DNA from: a candidate division FCPU426 bacterium
Lineage (GTDB): Bacteria > Oederibacteriota > Muellerivitia > Muellerivitales > Muellerivitaceae
Direction of reading: 5' to 3'
NCBI GenBank assembly: GCA_963738405.1
Contig: CAVTWJ010000022.1
Coordinates: 153,717-217,716 of the forward strand
DNA length: 64,000 nt
Part shown: one piece after another, positions 10,745 through 20,760 of the stretch
Numbering within the stretch: position 1 is the first letter of the stretch
Layout: every line of letters starts with the position of its first letter
The notes under the pieces: generated by a model
Database searches by the model: none
The model's input: the letters and a program-made list of their open reading frames with translations, nothing else
What the model was told of the DNA's origin: nothing
Translations under genes and position numbers: made by a program

Positions 10745-11603
10745 TGCCAAGTTCCTTTGAAAGATATTCATCCAGGGCCTCAATCCAAGGCCTGATGGGC
10801 TTTCCCAAGACCCCTTCCGCCTTGGCCAAATTGAACCGGGAATTAGGGGGTCTGGCCGCGGGCCTAAAGACAATTTCAGTTGAGGCCGGTACCAACCGGC
10901 ATTGAGTCAGCTTTGTCTTTTTCTGGATGGCGGCGGCGAAATCATACCATGAGGCAAAACCCGAGTTGGCGAAATGAAACGTTCCGGAAGGAACCTTTCG
11001 TTCAAGCAATTCTAGAGCGAACCAAGCCAAATCGGGCGCGTAGGTGGGGGCTCCGACCTGATCCGAAACCACCTCTGCTTTGGGCCGGGTTCGGAATGTT
11101 TCCATCATGGTCGTCACAAAATTCTTTCGGCTTCCGGGGCCATAAAGCCAGGAGGTTCGGATAATGTAATGGTCAGGGTTTTCGGCTTGCAGGAGCCTTT
11201 CCCCTTCCCATTTGGTACGGCCATAGGCGTTGATGGGATTGGGTGGATCGGTTTCTTCATAAGGATCTTCTTTAGAGCCATCAAAAACATAATCGGTGGA
11301 AAAGTGGATCAAAAAACGGCCCTTTTGCCGGCAAAATCGGGCCAACCATGCTACCCCGGCGCCATTGACGGCCTGGGCCACGGGAAACTGGGAGGGATCC
11401 TCACAATAATCCACCCGGGTGTACCCGGTGCAGTTGATCAAAACCTCGAAGTCGTTCTCCCGGAAAAACTTTTCCAAAAGAAGCGGGCGGGTTAAGTCCG
11501 CCCCTTCCCGTGAGGGGGTCAGTATCTGGTGGGACCGGCGGGTACATTCCTGGGCCATCTTGGAACCCAACATGCCCGTGGCACCCAAAAGGGCGATCTT
11601 CAA
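10731..11603 (-). CDS. rfbD: dTDP-4-dehydrorhamnose reductase
   Basis: GATGMLG, STDYVFDG, YGRTK (YxxxK), DQVGAPT. Confidence 0.92.
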   Translation of the reverse strand: MKIALLGATGMLGSKMAQECTRRSHQILTPSREGADLTRPLLLEKFFRENDFEVLINCTGYTRVDYCEDPSQFPVAQAVNGAGVAWLARFCRQKGRFLIHFSTDYVFDGSKEDPYEETDPPNPINAYGRTKWEGERLLQAENPDHYIIRTSWLYGPGSRKNFVTTMMETFRTRPKAEVVSDQVGAPTYAPDLAWFALELLERKVPSGTFHFANSGFASWYDFAAAIQKKTKLTQCRLVPASTEIVFRPAARPPNSRFNLAKAEGVLGKPIRPWIEALDEYLSKELGIETA

Positions 11604-11624
11604 TGGATCATATCTCCAAAACGC

Positions 11625-12932
11625 TTAACCGAAATCAAGCACTTCGCCCCGGCCCATGCCGTAATAGGCGAAACCCTCCTCGGAAAGCTCCTCATTACTG
11701 TACATGTTGCGGCCATCGATAACGACCGCCTGCCGCATCAATCCCTTGAGTTTCTTGAAATCCACCTGTTTGAACTCGTTCCACTCAGTCAAAATTAAAA
11801 CCGCGTCCGCGCCCTGGCAGGCCTCATAAGGATTTTTAGCGAACTTAACCCTTTTAAAGAGACTGTGAGCCTTCCCCATAGCTACCGGATCATAGACCTT
11901 TAGCCGGGCCTTGGCCTTGAGAAGGGCGGGGATGATTGTGAGGGACGGCGCCTCACGCAAATCGTCCGTATTGGGTTTGAAGGAAAGGCCCCACACCGCT
12001 AGAGTCTTGCCCTTTAGGGGTCCCAGGACCCGCCGAATCTTCTGAAGAAACTTAATTCGTTGGTTTTGATTCACATCGATGACCTGGGGCAGGATGCGGA
12101 AAGCCGCCTTGCTTTTCTGCCCTATCTTCACCAAAGCTGAAACATCCTTTGGGAAGCAGCTTCCGCCGAAACCCAACCCCGCGTTCAAAAACTGACCACC
12201 GATTCTAGGGTCATAAGACATTCCCTTGGAAACCTGCCCTATATCCGCACCCAGGGCATCGCAAAGATTGGCAATTTCATTGATAAATGAGATTTTCGTG
12301 GCCAGAAAAGCGTTCGAGGCGTATTTGATCATTTCGGCGCTTTTTAAATCGGTAATGAGAATAGGACAGTTGAGGGATTTGTAAATTTCGGCCACCTTTT
12401 GAGCCGCCGAACGGCGTGTAGCGCCGATGACCACCCGGTCTGGGCGAAGCAGGTCTGTGACCGCCGATCCCTCCCGCAGGAACTCGGGGTTGGAGACCAC
12501 GTCGAAAGTCACGTCTTTGGGGCCGTTCTTGATGATGATTTGGGTCACCACGTCCCCCATGCCGATGGGAACGGTGCTTTTATTGATGATGATCTTGTAC
12601 CGGTTAATGGCCTTGGCGATACCCTTGGCCACAGCCTTAACGTTGGAAATATCCGCTTCCCCATCCTTGCCTGGAGGGGTGCTAACGGCGATGAAGATGA
12701 AATCGGAACCCTGGACCGCTTTTGTCAGGTCAGTCGTGAAAGTAAGGCGTTTGCCCATGTTGCGGTGAACAACCTCTTCTAAGCCCGGCTCAAATATCGG
12801 AACGACTCCCTTTTTCAGACCCTGAATTTTTTTTCGGTCCACATCCACGCAAATGACCTGGTTTCCCAAGTCCGCGAAACAGGACCCGGTCACCAAACCT
12901 ACGTAACCCGTTCCCACTACGGCGATACGCAT
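11625..12932 (-). CDS. ugd: UDP-glucose/GDP-mannose 6-dehydrogenase
   Basis: GTGYVG, SNPEFLREG, GFGGSCFPKD, FKPNTDDLRE. Confidence 0.93.
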   Translation of the reverse strand: MRIAVVGTGYVGLVTGSCFADLGNQVICVDVDRKKIQGLKKGVVPIFEPGLEEVVHRNMGKRLTFTTDLTKAVQGSDFIFIAVSTPPGKDGEADISNVKAVAKGIAKAINRYKIIINKSTVPIGMGDVVTQIIIKNGPKDVTFDVVSNPEFLREGSAVTDLLRPDRVVIGATRRSAAQKVAEIYKSLNCPILITDLKSAEMIKYASNAFLATKISFINEIANLCDALGADIGQVSKGMSYDPRIGGQFLNAGLGFGGSCFPKDVSALVKIGQKSKAAFRILPQVIDVNQNQRIKFLQKIRRVLGPLKGKTLAVWGLSFKPNTDDLREAPSLTIIPALLKAKARLKVYDPVAMGKAHSLFKRVKFAKNPYEACQGADAVLILTEWNEFKQVDFKKLKGLMRQAVVIDGRNMYSNEELSEEGFAYYGMGRGEVLDFG

Positions 12933-12975
12933 AAAAACTCCTTGGCCTCATCAGGCCTAAAAATTCGCCTTAGAA

Positions 12976-13015
12976 ACTCAAAAACCGGGGCGGACACCCG
13001 CCCCGGTTTTTGAGT
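12976..13015. terminator. Perfect 18-bp inverted repeat, probable intrinsic terminator (either direction)
   Basis: ACTCAAAAACCGGGGCGG-acac-CCGCCCCGGTTTTTGAGT just downstream of the ABC ATPase gene. Confidence 0.8.
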
Positions 13016-13034
13016 AAGTCTTAACTCTTGTAAC

Positions 13035-14141
13035 TCAAGTAGTAAGGCACTTCTCCGTTTCCCTATCGAAGATGTGCGATTTTTGCATGTTGAAGACCAA
13101 CTCAATGTCCTGATTGATCTCAATCTGGTCATGGCTTGAAACACGAGCAATAAAGGGACTTTTTCCCGTGGTCAGGTAGAGGTAAGCCTCAGCGCCGAGA
13201 GGCTCGATAATTTCAACCGTGGCGCTGATGGTATTGTCGGGAGAAGCGTTGGCGGCATCCATCTTGTCATGGATGTCCTCCGGCCTTACCCCCAAGATCA
13301 CATCCCTGCCCACGTGGCCTTCCACTTGGGGTGCGAACGAGTCAGGCAGTTTGATTTCGAAGTTTTCCTCGTTGAAATAGATGCCCGTGCGTTTCTTATT
13401 AAGGGTTCCTTCCATGAAATTCATCGCGGGGGTCCCGATAAAGCCGGCCACGAACTTATTAACGGGCTTCTCGTAGAGGGTCAGGGGATCGGCGATCTGC
13501 TGGACGAAACCGTCTTTCATCACCGCAATCCGGTCGCCCATAGTCATGGCTTCCAACTGGTCGTGGGTCACGTAAATCATGGTGGCTTGAAGGCGGGTAT
13601 GGAGTTTGGAAATCTCGGCTCGCATCTGAACCCGAAGCTTGGCGTCCAGATTGGACAGGGGCTCGTCGAAGAGGAACACCTTGGGTTTGCGCACGATAGC
13701 GCGGCCCACGGCCACGCGCTGGCGCTGGCCGCCGGAGAGTTCCTTAGGACGGCGGTTTAAAAGCTCCTGGATGCCAAGGATATTGGCTGCCTCGTAAACC
13801 CTTTGCTTGATTTCTTCTTTCGGATATTTCCGCAGCTTCAACCCGAAGGCCATGTTGTCAAACACGGTCATGTGGGGATAAAGGGCGTAGTTTTGGAACA
13901 CCATGGCGATATCACGGTCCTTGGGGGGAACGTCGTTCACCAACACATCGTCGATGCGGATCTCGCCGCCCGAGAGTTCTTCCAACCCGGCCACCATGCG
14001 AAGCGTGGTCGATTTGCCGCAGCCCGAAGGCCCGACCAGGATTAAAAATTCCTTGTCCGCTATTTCAATATTGACGTTATTAACCGCCACGACATTGTTG
14101 CCGTAAACCTTGTTGACGTTTTTAAGGACGACCTTCGCCAT
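13035..14141 (-). CDS. Sugar ABC transporter ATP-binding protein (MalK/MsmX/UgpC family)
   Basis: GPSGCGKS, LSGGQRQR, FLFDEPLSNLDAKLR, C-terminal TOBE region. Confidence 0.95.
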   Translation of the reverse strand: MAKVVLKNVNKVYGNNVVAVNNVNIEIADKEFLILVGPSGCGKSTTLRMVAGLEELSGGEIRIDDVLVNDVPPKDRDIAMVFQNYALYPHMTVFDNMAFGLKLRKYPKEEIKQRVYEAANILGIQELLNRRPKELSGGQRQRVAVGRAIVRKPKVFLFDEPLSNLDAKLRVQMRAEISKLHTRLQATMIYVTHDQLEAMTMGDRIAVMKDGFVQQIADPLTLYEKPVNKFVAGFIGTPAMNFMEGTLNKKRTGIYFNEENFEIKLPDSFAPQVEGHVGRDVILGVRPEDIHDKMDAANASPDNTISATVEIIEPLGAEAYLYLTTGKSPFIARVSSHDQIEINQDIELVFNMQKSHIFDRETEKCLTT

Positions 14142-14367
14142 GAAATCCTCCGAAGATTGGGACCGAGACGTCTCGAGTCCCCTGACTTTCCAGGGGTCGC
14201 GCGATCCCGCCTGTTTTTAATCACAAAAAGGGGATCCGTCGAACGGGAACGTATCAGAACCAGCATGGGTTTCGGCCCTAAAGTTCCTCCGAAAACCCCG
14301 AAAAACCTGTTGTATTTAAGCATTCACCCCAGGGGCTGTCAACGAACAAACCAGCTAACAGGGTCCA

Positions 14368-14395
14368 TTGTCAGTCATATGAAAGGCTTTATAAT
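14368..14395 (+). promoter_or_regulatory. Putative sigma70 promoter of the O-antigen ligase-like gene
   Basis: TTGTCA-16 nt-TATAAT, 8 nt before ATG 14404. Confidence 0.55.
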
Positions 14396-14403
14396 CCAAC
14401 CCC

Positions 14404-15579
14404 ATGGAAATCGCGGACTCCTCTCGAAAATTCTTCTTTTTTTCTCTTCTTGTCTTCTTTGCGGTCTCCACCGCCTCCATCGCCCTTCAAAATCTCATTT
14501 GGCTTCCTGTTCTATATCTGGATTGGATCTATCTTAAAAACCATCCCAAGACTCCATGGCGTCCAGAACCCTTCGTCATTTGGACCCTCTTGTGGGTCTT
14601 TAGTTTTTATTTGGGCACCCTTTTGGGGGTCAATCCCCTTCATAGCCTGGAAACCGTCAACCGCTACCTCACCCTCCTGCTAGCCCTTTTTGTGGGGTCC
14701 ATGGGCATGGGCGTGGTCGAGATTCGCAAGCTTTTGAACGCCTTTACTTGGGGAGCAGTTTTTTGCGCCGTTTACGGCATCGGCAAGCACCTGTTTCTCC
14801 ACCAGGACCGTATCGATTCTTTCTCCGGAGACAAGATGGTCTTCGGCGGCCTTTTGATGACGGCCCTCCTCATCCAAGCGGGCGCCTTGATGAAACGGCC
14901 CAAAGATTTCTTAACCTGGTTCGGGGCCAGCCTCAACGGCTGGGCGCTTCTTTTAACCGAGACCCGGGGAGCTTGGGTCGGGCTTTTAGCGGGCTTCCTC
15001 ATGCTGGGGTGGCGATTCAACCGCCGGTGGCTTTTGGCGGGACTTTTCATTGGGGTGGTTGGATATTTTGTCCTACCCGCGAAATATCAGGACAGACTGA
15101 AAAGCATCACCCAGTTGGACATCAGCTATACCGAAAACCACGAAATCGGCGACAGCAGCCAAACCCGTGTACTGATCTGGGTCACCGGAATCCGGATCAT
15201 CGAGAATTATCCCTTGGGGATAGGACAGGGAAACATCGGGGAAGTTTTTCCAAAATACAAGGTTCACGCCCTCGAGGAAGCCACCGAGCCACACTTGCAT
15301 AACAACTGCCTCCAATTGGCGGCGCAAAACGGCTGGCTGGGCCTGGCGCTGTATCTGGGATGGATTGGCTGTTATTTCTGGATGGCTTTTAAGTATCAGG
15401 GATCGAGACCCTTGGCGGAAGAGCTCAATTGGACCCTGGCCTGCTGTTTCTTGGGAGCCCTCGCTTGGGGGTTAACTGAATTCACTTTTTCTCAGCAGTT
15501 CATGTACCTGCAATATTCCCTACTGGGATTGCATTGGGGCTTGTTGAAAAAAGAAAAGGAAACAATCCCTATAACTTGA
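14404..15579 (+). CDS. O-antigen ligase family (Wzy_C) membrane protein
   Basis: LLTETRGAW, R-x-x-IW...PLGIGQGN and HLHNN motifs; multiple TM segments. Confidence 0.88.
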   Translation: MEIADSSRKFFFFSLLVFFAVSTASIALQNLIWLPVLYLDWIYLKNHPKTPWRPEPFVIWTLLWVFSFYLGTLLGVNPLHSLETVNRYLTLLLALFVGSMGMGVVEIRKLLNAFTWGAVFCAVYGIGKHLFLHQDRIDSFSGDKMVFGGLLMTALLIQAGALMKRPKDFLTWFGASLNGWALLLTETRGAWVGLLAGFLMLGWRFNRRWLLAGLFIGVVGYFVLPAKYQDRLKSITQLDISYTENHEIGDSSQTRVLIWVTGIRIIENYPLGIGQGNIGEVFPKYKVHALEEATEPHLHNNCLQLAAQNGWLGLALYLGWIGCYFWMAFKYQGSRPLAEELNWTLACCFLGALAWGLTEFTFSQQFMYLQYSLLGLHWGLLKKEKETIPIT

Positions 15580-17026
15580 CCAACATCCATTCGTCATTCT
15601 GGAGAAATAGGTCCAAATGATGGGTTTGAACAAACCTTTCATTTTCTTTTTTTAAATCTTTTTCGAGCATCCAATAACCGTGGGTTTTCAATACTTCCTC
15701 GGGCTTTGCGCAATCCACCGGATTCAACCCGCAAACCACTTCCGCCATAAACCGATCCGCTTGGCACCAAACTTCTTTTGAAATGACGGTATGGGGCGGA
15801 ACCTTCAACTGGGCCAGTTCCCCGAGAAGTTGCTGTGAGGGTTTAGGATCCGGAAAGTTGATAGTTTTCCATATTTCCCTCTCTGACCGCGCAAGGGCCA
15901 CCAACAGCAAAAATAATAAAAGCGTCTTCCCTGCCGTCCTGAAAGAAGAATCCCTGAAAACACGGAAACTGACCCATCCAATCAAAACCGCCAAAGGGGG
16001 GTAAATCGGATCCATATACCAGCCCAATTTTGTGCGGGCGATGGAAAACATCACGAAGGGCACCAGAACCGCCATGGAAGTGAGCGTCAAAACCTTGTTT
16101 TTGAAATCCGCCTTGAACCCTGCCACCGCCAAAAACAGGAAGAGCGCCAGAACGAAATACAAACTCAAAAACAGATCGTTTTGACCAATGTAGGAAAGAT
16201 AATAATCCGTCGGACCCACATGCCCCTCCACCTCCTTCGTCGTATGGGAGATCAAGTCGTAGGTGAAGCAGTCCATCAGAAATTGATGGCCACCGGGATA
16301 GGATCCGCGCCAAACCATCCATCCCCCGACGGGAACAATCGCGCAAAGGACGAAACCCAAGTAACGCCCTAAGGAAATTTTTTTATAAAGGCCCGTGAGC
16401 CATAGGTAAATAAAGAGAATTGCCCCCATTTGAAGCGCATGGAAGCTGTAAACCAGAAATCCCAATCCCGCGCAAAGTCCCGCCAAGGGCATGGCAGCAA
16501 CCCATTTCTCGGCGTTATAAAGAAATATCAGGAATAAGAAGCAAAAGAGGGTGAAAAAAGAGGAATAGTCCCCCATGCGGGCGCCATGGGTAAAGAGAAA
16601 AGGGGAAGTGAGGACGAGGGTTAACCCTGCCAGCAGGGCCGGAGCCTTGCCCAAAACCTTTGGGAGAAGCAAAAGTAAAAGGGCCACCATGGCAAGGCAG
16701 GAAAGGGCCGAATAAAACCGCATCCCCAAAACGCTGAATCCAAACAGCTTGTATCCGAGAAGGATCCCCCAAGAGCCCAAAAAGGGCTTTTTATTCCAAT
16801 CGTCAATGGCATGGGCATAGGTGTTGATGCCGTAATCGTGATTTTGGGCCATCTCATAAGCGTTGGTGGCATACCGGGCCTCGTCCCAATCCCAAACCGG
16901 AAGTTCCCCCAGCTTATAGAAAAAGTTATAGGCGGCCAAAAGCAAAACAAGGCCCGCCAGAAGAGGATAAAAACGCTCCAGCGTCTCGCCAAAGGATCGG
17001 GAAAAAAATGCTTGTTTGTTGTTCAT
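15569..17026 (-). CDS. ArnT/PMT (GT83/GT39)-like glycosyltransferase
   Basis: WDWDEARYATNAYEM, KKPFLGSW, multiple TM segments. Confidence 0.85.
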   Translation of the reverse strand: MNNKQAFFSRSFGETLERFYPLLAGLVLLLAAYNFFYKLGELPVWDWDEARYATNAYEMAQNHDYGINTYAHAIDDWNKKPFLGSWGILLGYKLFGFSVLGMRFYSALSCLAMVALLLLLLPKVLGKAPALLAGLTLVLTSPFLFTHGARMGDYSSFFTLFCFLFLIFLYNAEKWVAAMPLAGLCAGLGFLVYSFHALQMGAILFIYLWLTGLYKKISLGRYLGFVLCAIVPVGGWMVWRGSYPGGHQFLMDCFTYDLISHTTKEVEGHVGPTDYYLSYIGQNDLFLSLYFVLALFLFLAVAGFKADFKNKVLTLTSMAVLVPFVMFSIARTKLGWYMDPIYPPLAVLIGWVSFRVFRDSSFRTAGKTLLLFLLLVALARSEREIWKTINFPDPKPSQQLLGELAQLKVPPHTVISKEVWCQADRFMAEVVCGLNPVDCAKPEEVLKTHGYWMLEKDLKKENERFVQTHHLDLFLQNDEWMLVKL

Positions 17027-17050
17027 GTGTCTTTTCGGGACAAAAGTTGG

Positions 17051-17752
17051 TTAATCCGAGAAGCGGTAGCGAAAAAGGCACCAAAGGGCCGTGATGCCGT
17101 CCCGCCAAGTGATTTTCTTGCCTTCAGAAAAACCCCGACCCCGGTAAGAAATGGGCATCTCGTAAATCTTGTAATTCTTTTTCAAAAGCTTGGCCGTGAC
17201 TTCCGGCTCGAACTCGAAACGGTTCGATCGGAGGGTCAACCCACGCAAAATATCCCCCTTGAATACCTTGTAACAGGTTTCCATGTCAGTCAAAACGGTG
17301 CCGTACAAAACCGTGGTCACACCGCTAAGGAAAATATTACCCAGGTAATGGGTAAACACAAAAGCCTGGTGGGTACCCATGAACCGCGACCCGTAAACAA
17401 CATCTGCGTGTCCCTCCAAAAGGGGACCCAGCAGCTTTTCGTAATCGGAAGGGTCATATTCCAGGTCAGCGTCCTGAACCACCACATAATCGCCGGTAGT
17501 ATGGGGGATGGCGGTACGGATGGCGGCGCCTTTGCCCCTGTTCTTTTCGTGATAATAAATTTCGATATTCGGTTTTTTCAGTTTTTTGAGTAATTCACGG
17601 GTTCCATCCGCAGAGCCGTCATCCACCACAATGATTTGTTTTTGAAGCCCTCTCAGCTTGACCGATTGAACCTTTGCAAGAAGCGGAAGGAGTGTTTTAT
17701 TTTCATTGAATACTGGGACAATAATGGAAAGAGTGGGCTTCCGGGTCTTCAA
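17051..17752 (-). CDS. GT2 polyprenol-phosphate glycosyltransferase (DPM1-like)
   Basis: SIIVPVFNE, VDDGS, NRGKGAA, QDADLEYDP, TDMETCYK. Confidence 0.9.
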   Translation of the reverse strand: MKTRKPTLSIIVPVFNENKTLLPLLAKVQSVKLRGLQKQIIVVDDGSADGTRELLKKLKKPNIEIYYHEKNRGKGAAIRTAIPHTTGDYVVVQDADLEYDPSDYEKLLGPLLEGHADVVYGSRFMGTHQAFVFTHYLGNIFLSGVTTVLYGTVLTDMETCYKVFKGDILRGLTLRSNRFEFEPEVTAKLLKKNYKIYEMPISYRGRGFSEGKKITWRDGITALWCLFRYRFSD

Positions 17753-17804
17753 AATCGCCTCTTAATAAATAAAAAAGTTTTCGTGTCAAAAGCTTAACAA
17801 ACGA

Positions 17805-19088
17805 CTAAAGCTTGCGCAAACCCTTTAAGCCCAGCCATTCACGCCTGCATGCCCCGCCCAGGTAAAGGGAGCCCATGATCAAAAGGGGCTTTTCCCCTGA
17901 TTCAGCCAGAGAGCGGGAAAGTTCCAAAGCTTGCTTCCAATCCGCCACCCATAACGCCCGCACACCCGCCCTTTCCCAAGCCTTCACTATTCTTAAACCC
18001 TTTTCCGCTCGGTCGCTCGGCACCGTGGTTACGATGGACAAGACTGTATGGGGAGCCATTATTTTCGCGCATGTTCTGTAGTCTTTATCTTTCAAAAACC
18101 CGTTCAACAAAACTACCTTTTGACCCGGGTGTTGAAGTTTCAGCGAGGCGGAAAGGGCCTTAGCGGCGTCCGGATTATGCGCCCCATCCAAAAGAACAAG
18201 GGGATCGGTTTGAAGAACCTCCAACCGACCGGGCCAGTGCATGTCGGATAAGCCTTTTTGAAATTTCTTTGAGCCCACCCCAACACCCTGCGCGACCAGC
18301 AATTGCATACCGGCTATCGCCAGAGAGGCATTGATGTCTTGAAAGGCGGGAAAACCCGGCATGTGGAAGGTTTTCTTGAAGCCGGGGCCTTCCCAATGAA
18401 GATGAGCGCCCGACCTGCGATATTTAAAATCCCGACCGCCCACCCAAAGACGAACACCTTTTTCCTGGGCGATTTTTTCAATCACCTGTTCCGCTTCCCC
18501 GTCCTTTTGAATGGTGGCGGCATACCCTCCAGGTTTTAAAATTCCCGCTTTTTCCCGCGCGATCTGACCTAAGCGTTCTCCCAGAATATCCTGATGCTCT
18601 AGGCCAATCGATGTGATCAAAGCGGCTTTCGGAAGGGGGATGATATTAGTAGCGTCGAGCCTTCCACCCAGACCCACCTCCAGCACCAGCCAATCCACTT
18701 TTTTTTCCGCGAACCAGCAAAAAGCGATGGCCGTCAGGGCCTCGAAATGGGTTGGATCATGCCCCAGTTTTCGCCGCACCCTCACACAGGCCTCGAGAAC
18801 CTTGCGGGACCATCGGTTGAAATCGGGGGTAGATATCCAGGTGCCGTTTATTCGGAACCTTTCACGGATATCGCAAAGATGGGGAGAGGTATAGAGGCCG
18901 GTCTTGAAGCCGCTTTGTTGGAGAAGGGAGGCCGTAAAAGCACAGGTGGAACCCTTGCCGTTGGTTCCCGCTACATGGACTACCGAAAGACCCAAATGGG
19001 GGTTACCCAGCTCTGCCAAAAGGGTCTGGGTCGTTTGAAGACCGAAACGCCAACCCAGACGTTCAAGGGAATCGAGGCTTTTTCGCAA
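17805..19088 (-). CDS. folC: Folylpolyglutamate synthase/dihydrofolate synthase
   Basis: HVAGTNGKGST, YTSPHL, EVGLGGRLDATN, DGAHNP. Confidence 0.95.
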   Translation of the reverse strand: MRKSLDSLERLGWRFGLQTTQTLLAELGNPHLGLSVVHVAGTNGKGSTCAFTASLLQQSGFKTGLYTSPHLCDIRERFRINGTWISTPDFNRWSRKVLEACVRVRRKLGHDPTHFEALTAIAFCWFAEKKVDWLVLEVGLGGRLDATNIIPLPKAALITSIGLEHQDILGERLGQIAREKAGILKPGGYAATIQKDGEAEQVIEKIAQEKGVRLWVGGRDFKYRRSGAHLHWEGPGFKKTFHMPGFPAFQDINASLAIAGMQLLVAQGVGVGSKKFQKGLSDMHWPGRLEVLQTDPLVLLDGAHNPDAAKALSASLKLQHPGQKVVLLNGFLKDKDYRTCAKIMAPHTVLSIVTTVPSDRAEKGLRIVKAWERAGVRALWVADWKQALELSRSLAESGEKPLLIMGSLYLGGACRREWLGLKGLRKL

Positions 19089-19094
19089 AGATAT

Positions 19095-19940
19095 TTAGTT
19101 GCGGAAAAATTTGAGAAACTGACCCACCGAGTCCTTCAACTGGTGGCGGTGGACAATGGCATCCACAAAGCCATGCTCGACCAAAAATTCTGAACGCTGG
19201 AAACCCTTGGGCAGCTTCTGGCGGATGGTCTGCTCGATTACTCGGGGACCCGCAAAACCAATCATGGCACCGGGTTCGGCCAGATTCACGTCTCCCAGCA
19301 TGCCAAAAGATGCCGCCACACCGCCTGCCGTGGGGTCGGTCAAGATGGAGATATAGGGCAAATGCGCTTCCCCAAGCCGGCTCAAAGCCGCCGAAATCTT
19401 GGCCATTTGCATCAAAGAAAGGATACCCTCCTGCATACGCGCCCCGCCCCCAGAGGCGGAAACAATCACCATACCAACCTTCTTTTGTACGGCCCTTTCC
19501 ACGGCGCGTGTTATTTTTTCCCCCACCACGCTTCCCATGCTTCCGCCCATGAATTGAAAATCGGTAATGGCCACCGAGGCATTCTGGCCATTAATTTTCC
19601 CAAGCCCCGTCACCACACCCTCAATCATATTGGTCCGGGCCTGGCCCTTCTTGAGCTTTTCATCGTACTCGGGAAAATCCAGGGGATTGAGGGAAGATAG
19701 TTTCTCGTCAAATTCAATAAAAGTTCCCGAATCCACCGTCAGGTAAAGCCTCTCAAGGGCCGAAAGCTGGTAGTGATACCCGCACTTGGGGCAGACCTTC
19801 TGGTTCTTATCCAGGTCCTTGTTGTAAAGCATGGCCGAACAGCCTTTGCACTTAGCGTAAAGGCCCGCCGGAACCTGGACCGCCTTGTTTTCAACAGCGG
19901 ATTGGGCGATTTCCTTTTTTGGGTTTTTGTACCAAACCAA
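19095..19940 (-). CDS. accD: Acetyl-CoA carboxylase carboxyltransferase beta subunit
   Basis: C4 zinc finger, FMGGSMGSVVGEK, GGARMQEG, GFAGPRVIEQT. Confidence 0.96.
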   Translation of the reverse strand: MVWYKNPKKEIAQSAVENKAVQVPAGLYAKCKGCSAMLYNKDLDKNQKVCPKCGYHYQLSALERLYLTVDSGTFIEFDEKLSSLNPLDFPEYDEKLKKGQARTNMIEGVVTGLGKINGQNASVAITDFQFMGGSMGSVVGEKITRAVERAVQKKVGMVIVSASGGGARMQEGILSLMQMAKISAALSRLGEAHLPYISILTDPTAGGVAASFGMLGDVNLAEPGAMIGFAGPRVIEQTIRQKLPKGFQRSEFLVEHGFVDAIVHRHQLKDSVGQFLKFFRN

Positions 19941-19956
19941 TGGCGTCTCCTTAAAT

Positions 19957-20760
19957 TTACGCGTGTTGAAGTTTCCGAATCACCCCTCGGCAGTATTGCT
20001 CCACGGCTCCGGGGATGCGGTTCTTTGGCGTTTTCGAGATCAACTGGATTAAGGCGCTTGCGATAATCACTCCATCGGCCACCCAGCCGACTTGTGATGC
20101 CTGGGCAGGGTTGGAAATGCCAAACCCGACCACCAAGGGTGTGCGAAGGCTCTTCTTTAACTTTTGCAAATCCTTTAACAGGCCCGCTGGAAGGTTTTTC
20201 CTGGCTCCCGTTACCCCGGTCACCGACACATAATACAAAAAGGGGGCTTTCAGGGCATCGGCCTTTTTGACCCGGATGGGGCTGGAGGTAGGCGCAATAA
20301 AGGGAATGAGGGCCAAATGCTTGTTTAAAAGGGGTTTTCCGGTTTGAGAATATTTTTCCAAAGGCAGATCGGGAATAATGGCCCCGTTCCCTCCCGCTTG
20401 TTTCAACTCACGGCTAAATCTTTCCCAGCCCATGCATTCCACCAGATTGGCGTAGCTCATCACCAAGAGGGGCTGTTGAAACCCTTCTTTACGTAGAGTG
20501 CGGATGAGGCGAAAGACATCCATGGGCAGAGTGCCCTGGTTCAGCGCCCTTTGGGTGGCCATTTGAAGCGTGGGTCCATCGGCGATGGGGTCGGAAAAGG
20601 GCAAACCCAATTCTAAACCTGCGGCACCCGCCTTTAAGGCGGCACGCGCACAAGAGAGGCTGACCGCATAGTTGGGATATCCAAGACAGATATAAGGAAA
20701 GAACAAGGCTTGATGGGCTTTCCGGGCCTCTTTGAAAACCTGGTGCAATGAATCGCTCAT
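19957..20760 (-). CDS. trpA: Tryptophan synthase alpha chain
   Basis: [30 protein letters not shown]. Confidence 0.96.
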   Translation of the reverse strand: MSDSLHQVFKEARKAHQALFFPYICLGYPNYAVSLSCARAALKAGAAGLELGLPFSDPIADGPTLQMATQRALNQGTLPMDVFRLIRTLRKEGFQQPLLVMSYANLVECMGWERFSRELKQAGGNGAIIPDLPLEKYSQTGKPLLNKHLALIPFIAPTSSPIRVKKADALKAPFLYYVSVTGVTGARKNLPAGLLKDLQKLKKSLRTPLVVGFGISNPAQASQVGWVADGVIIASALIQLISKTPKNRIPGAVEQYCRGVIRKLQHA

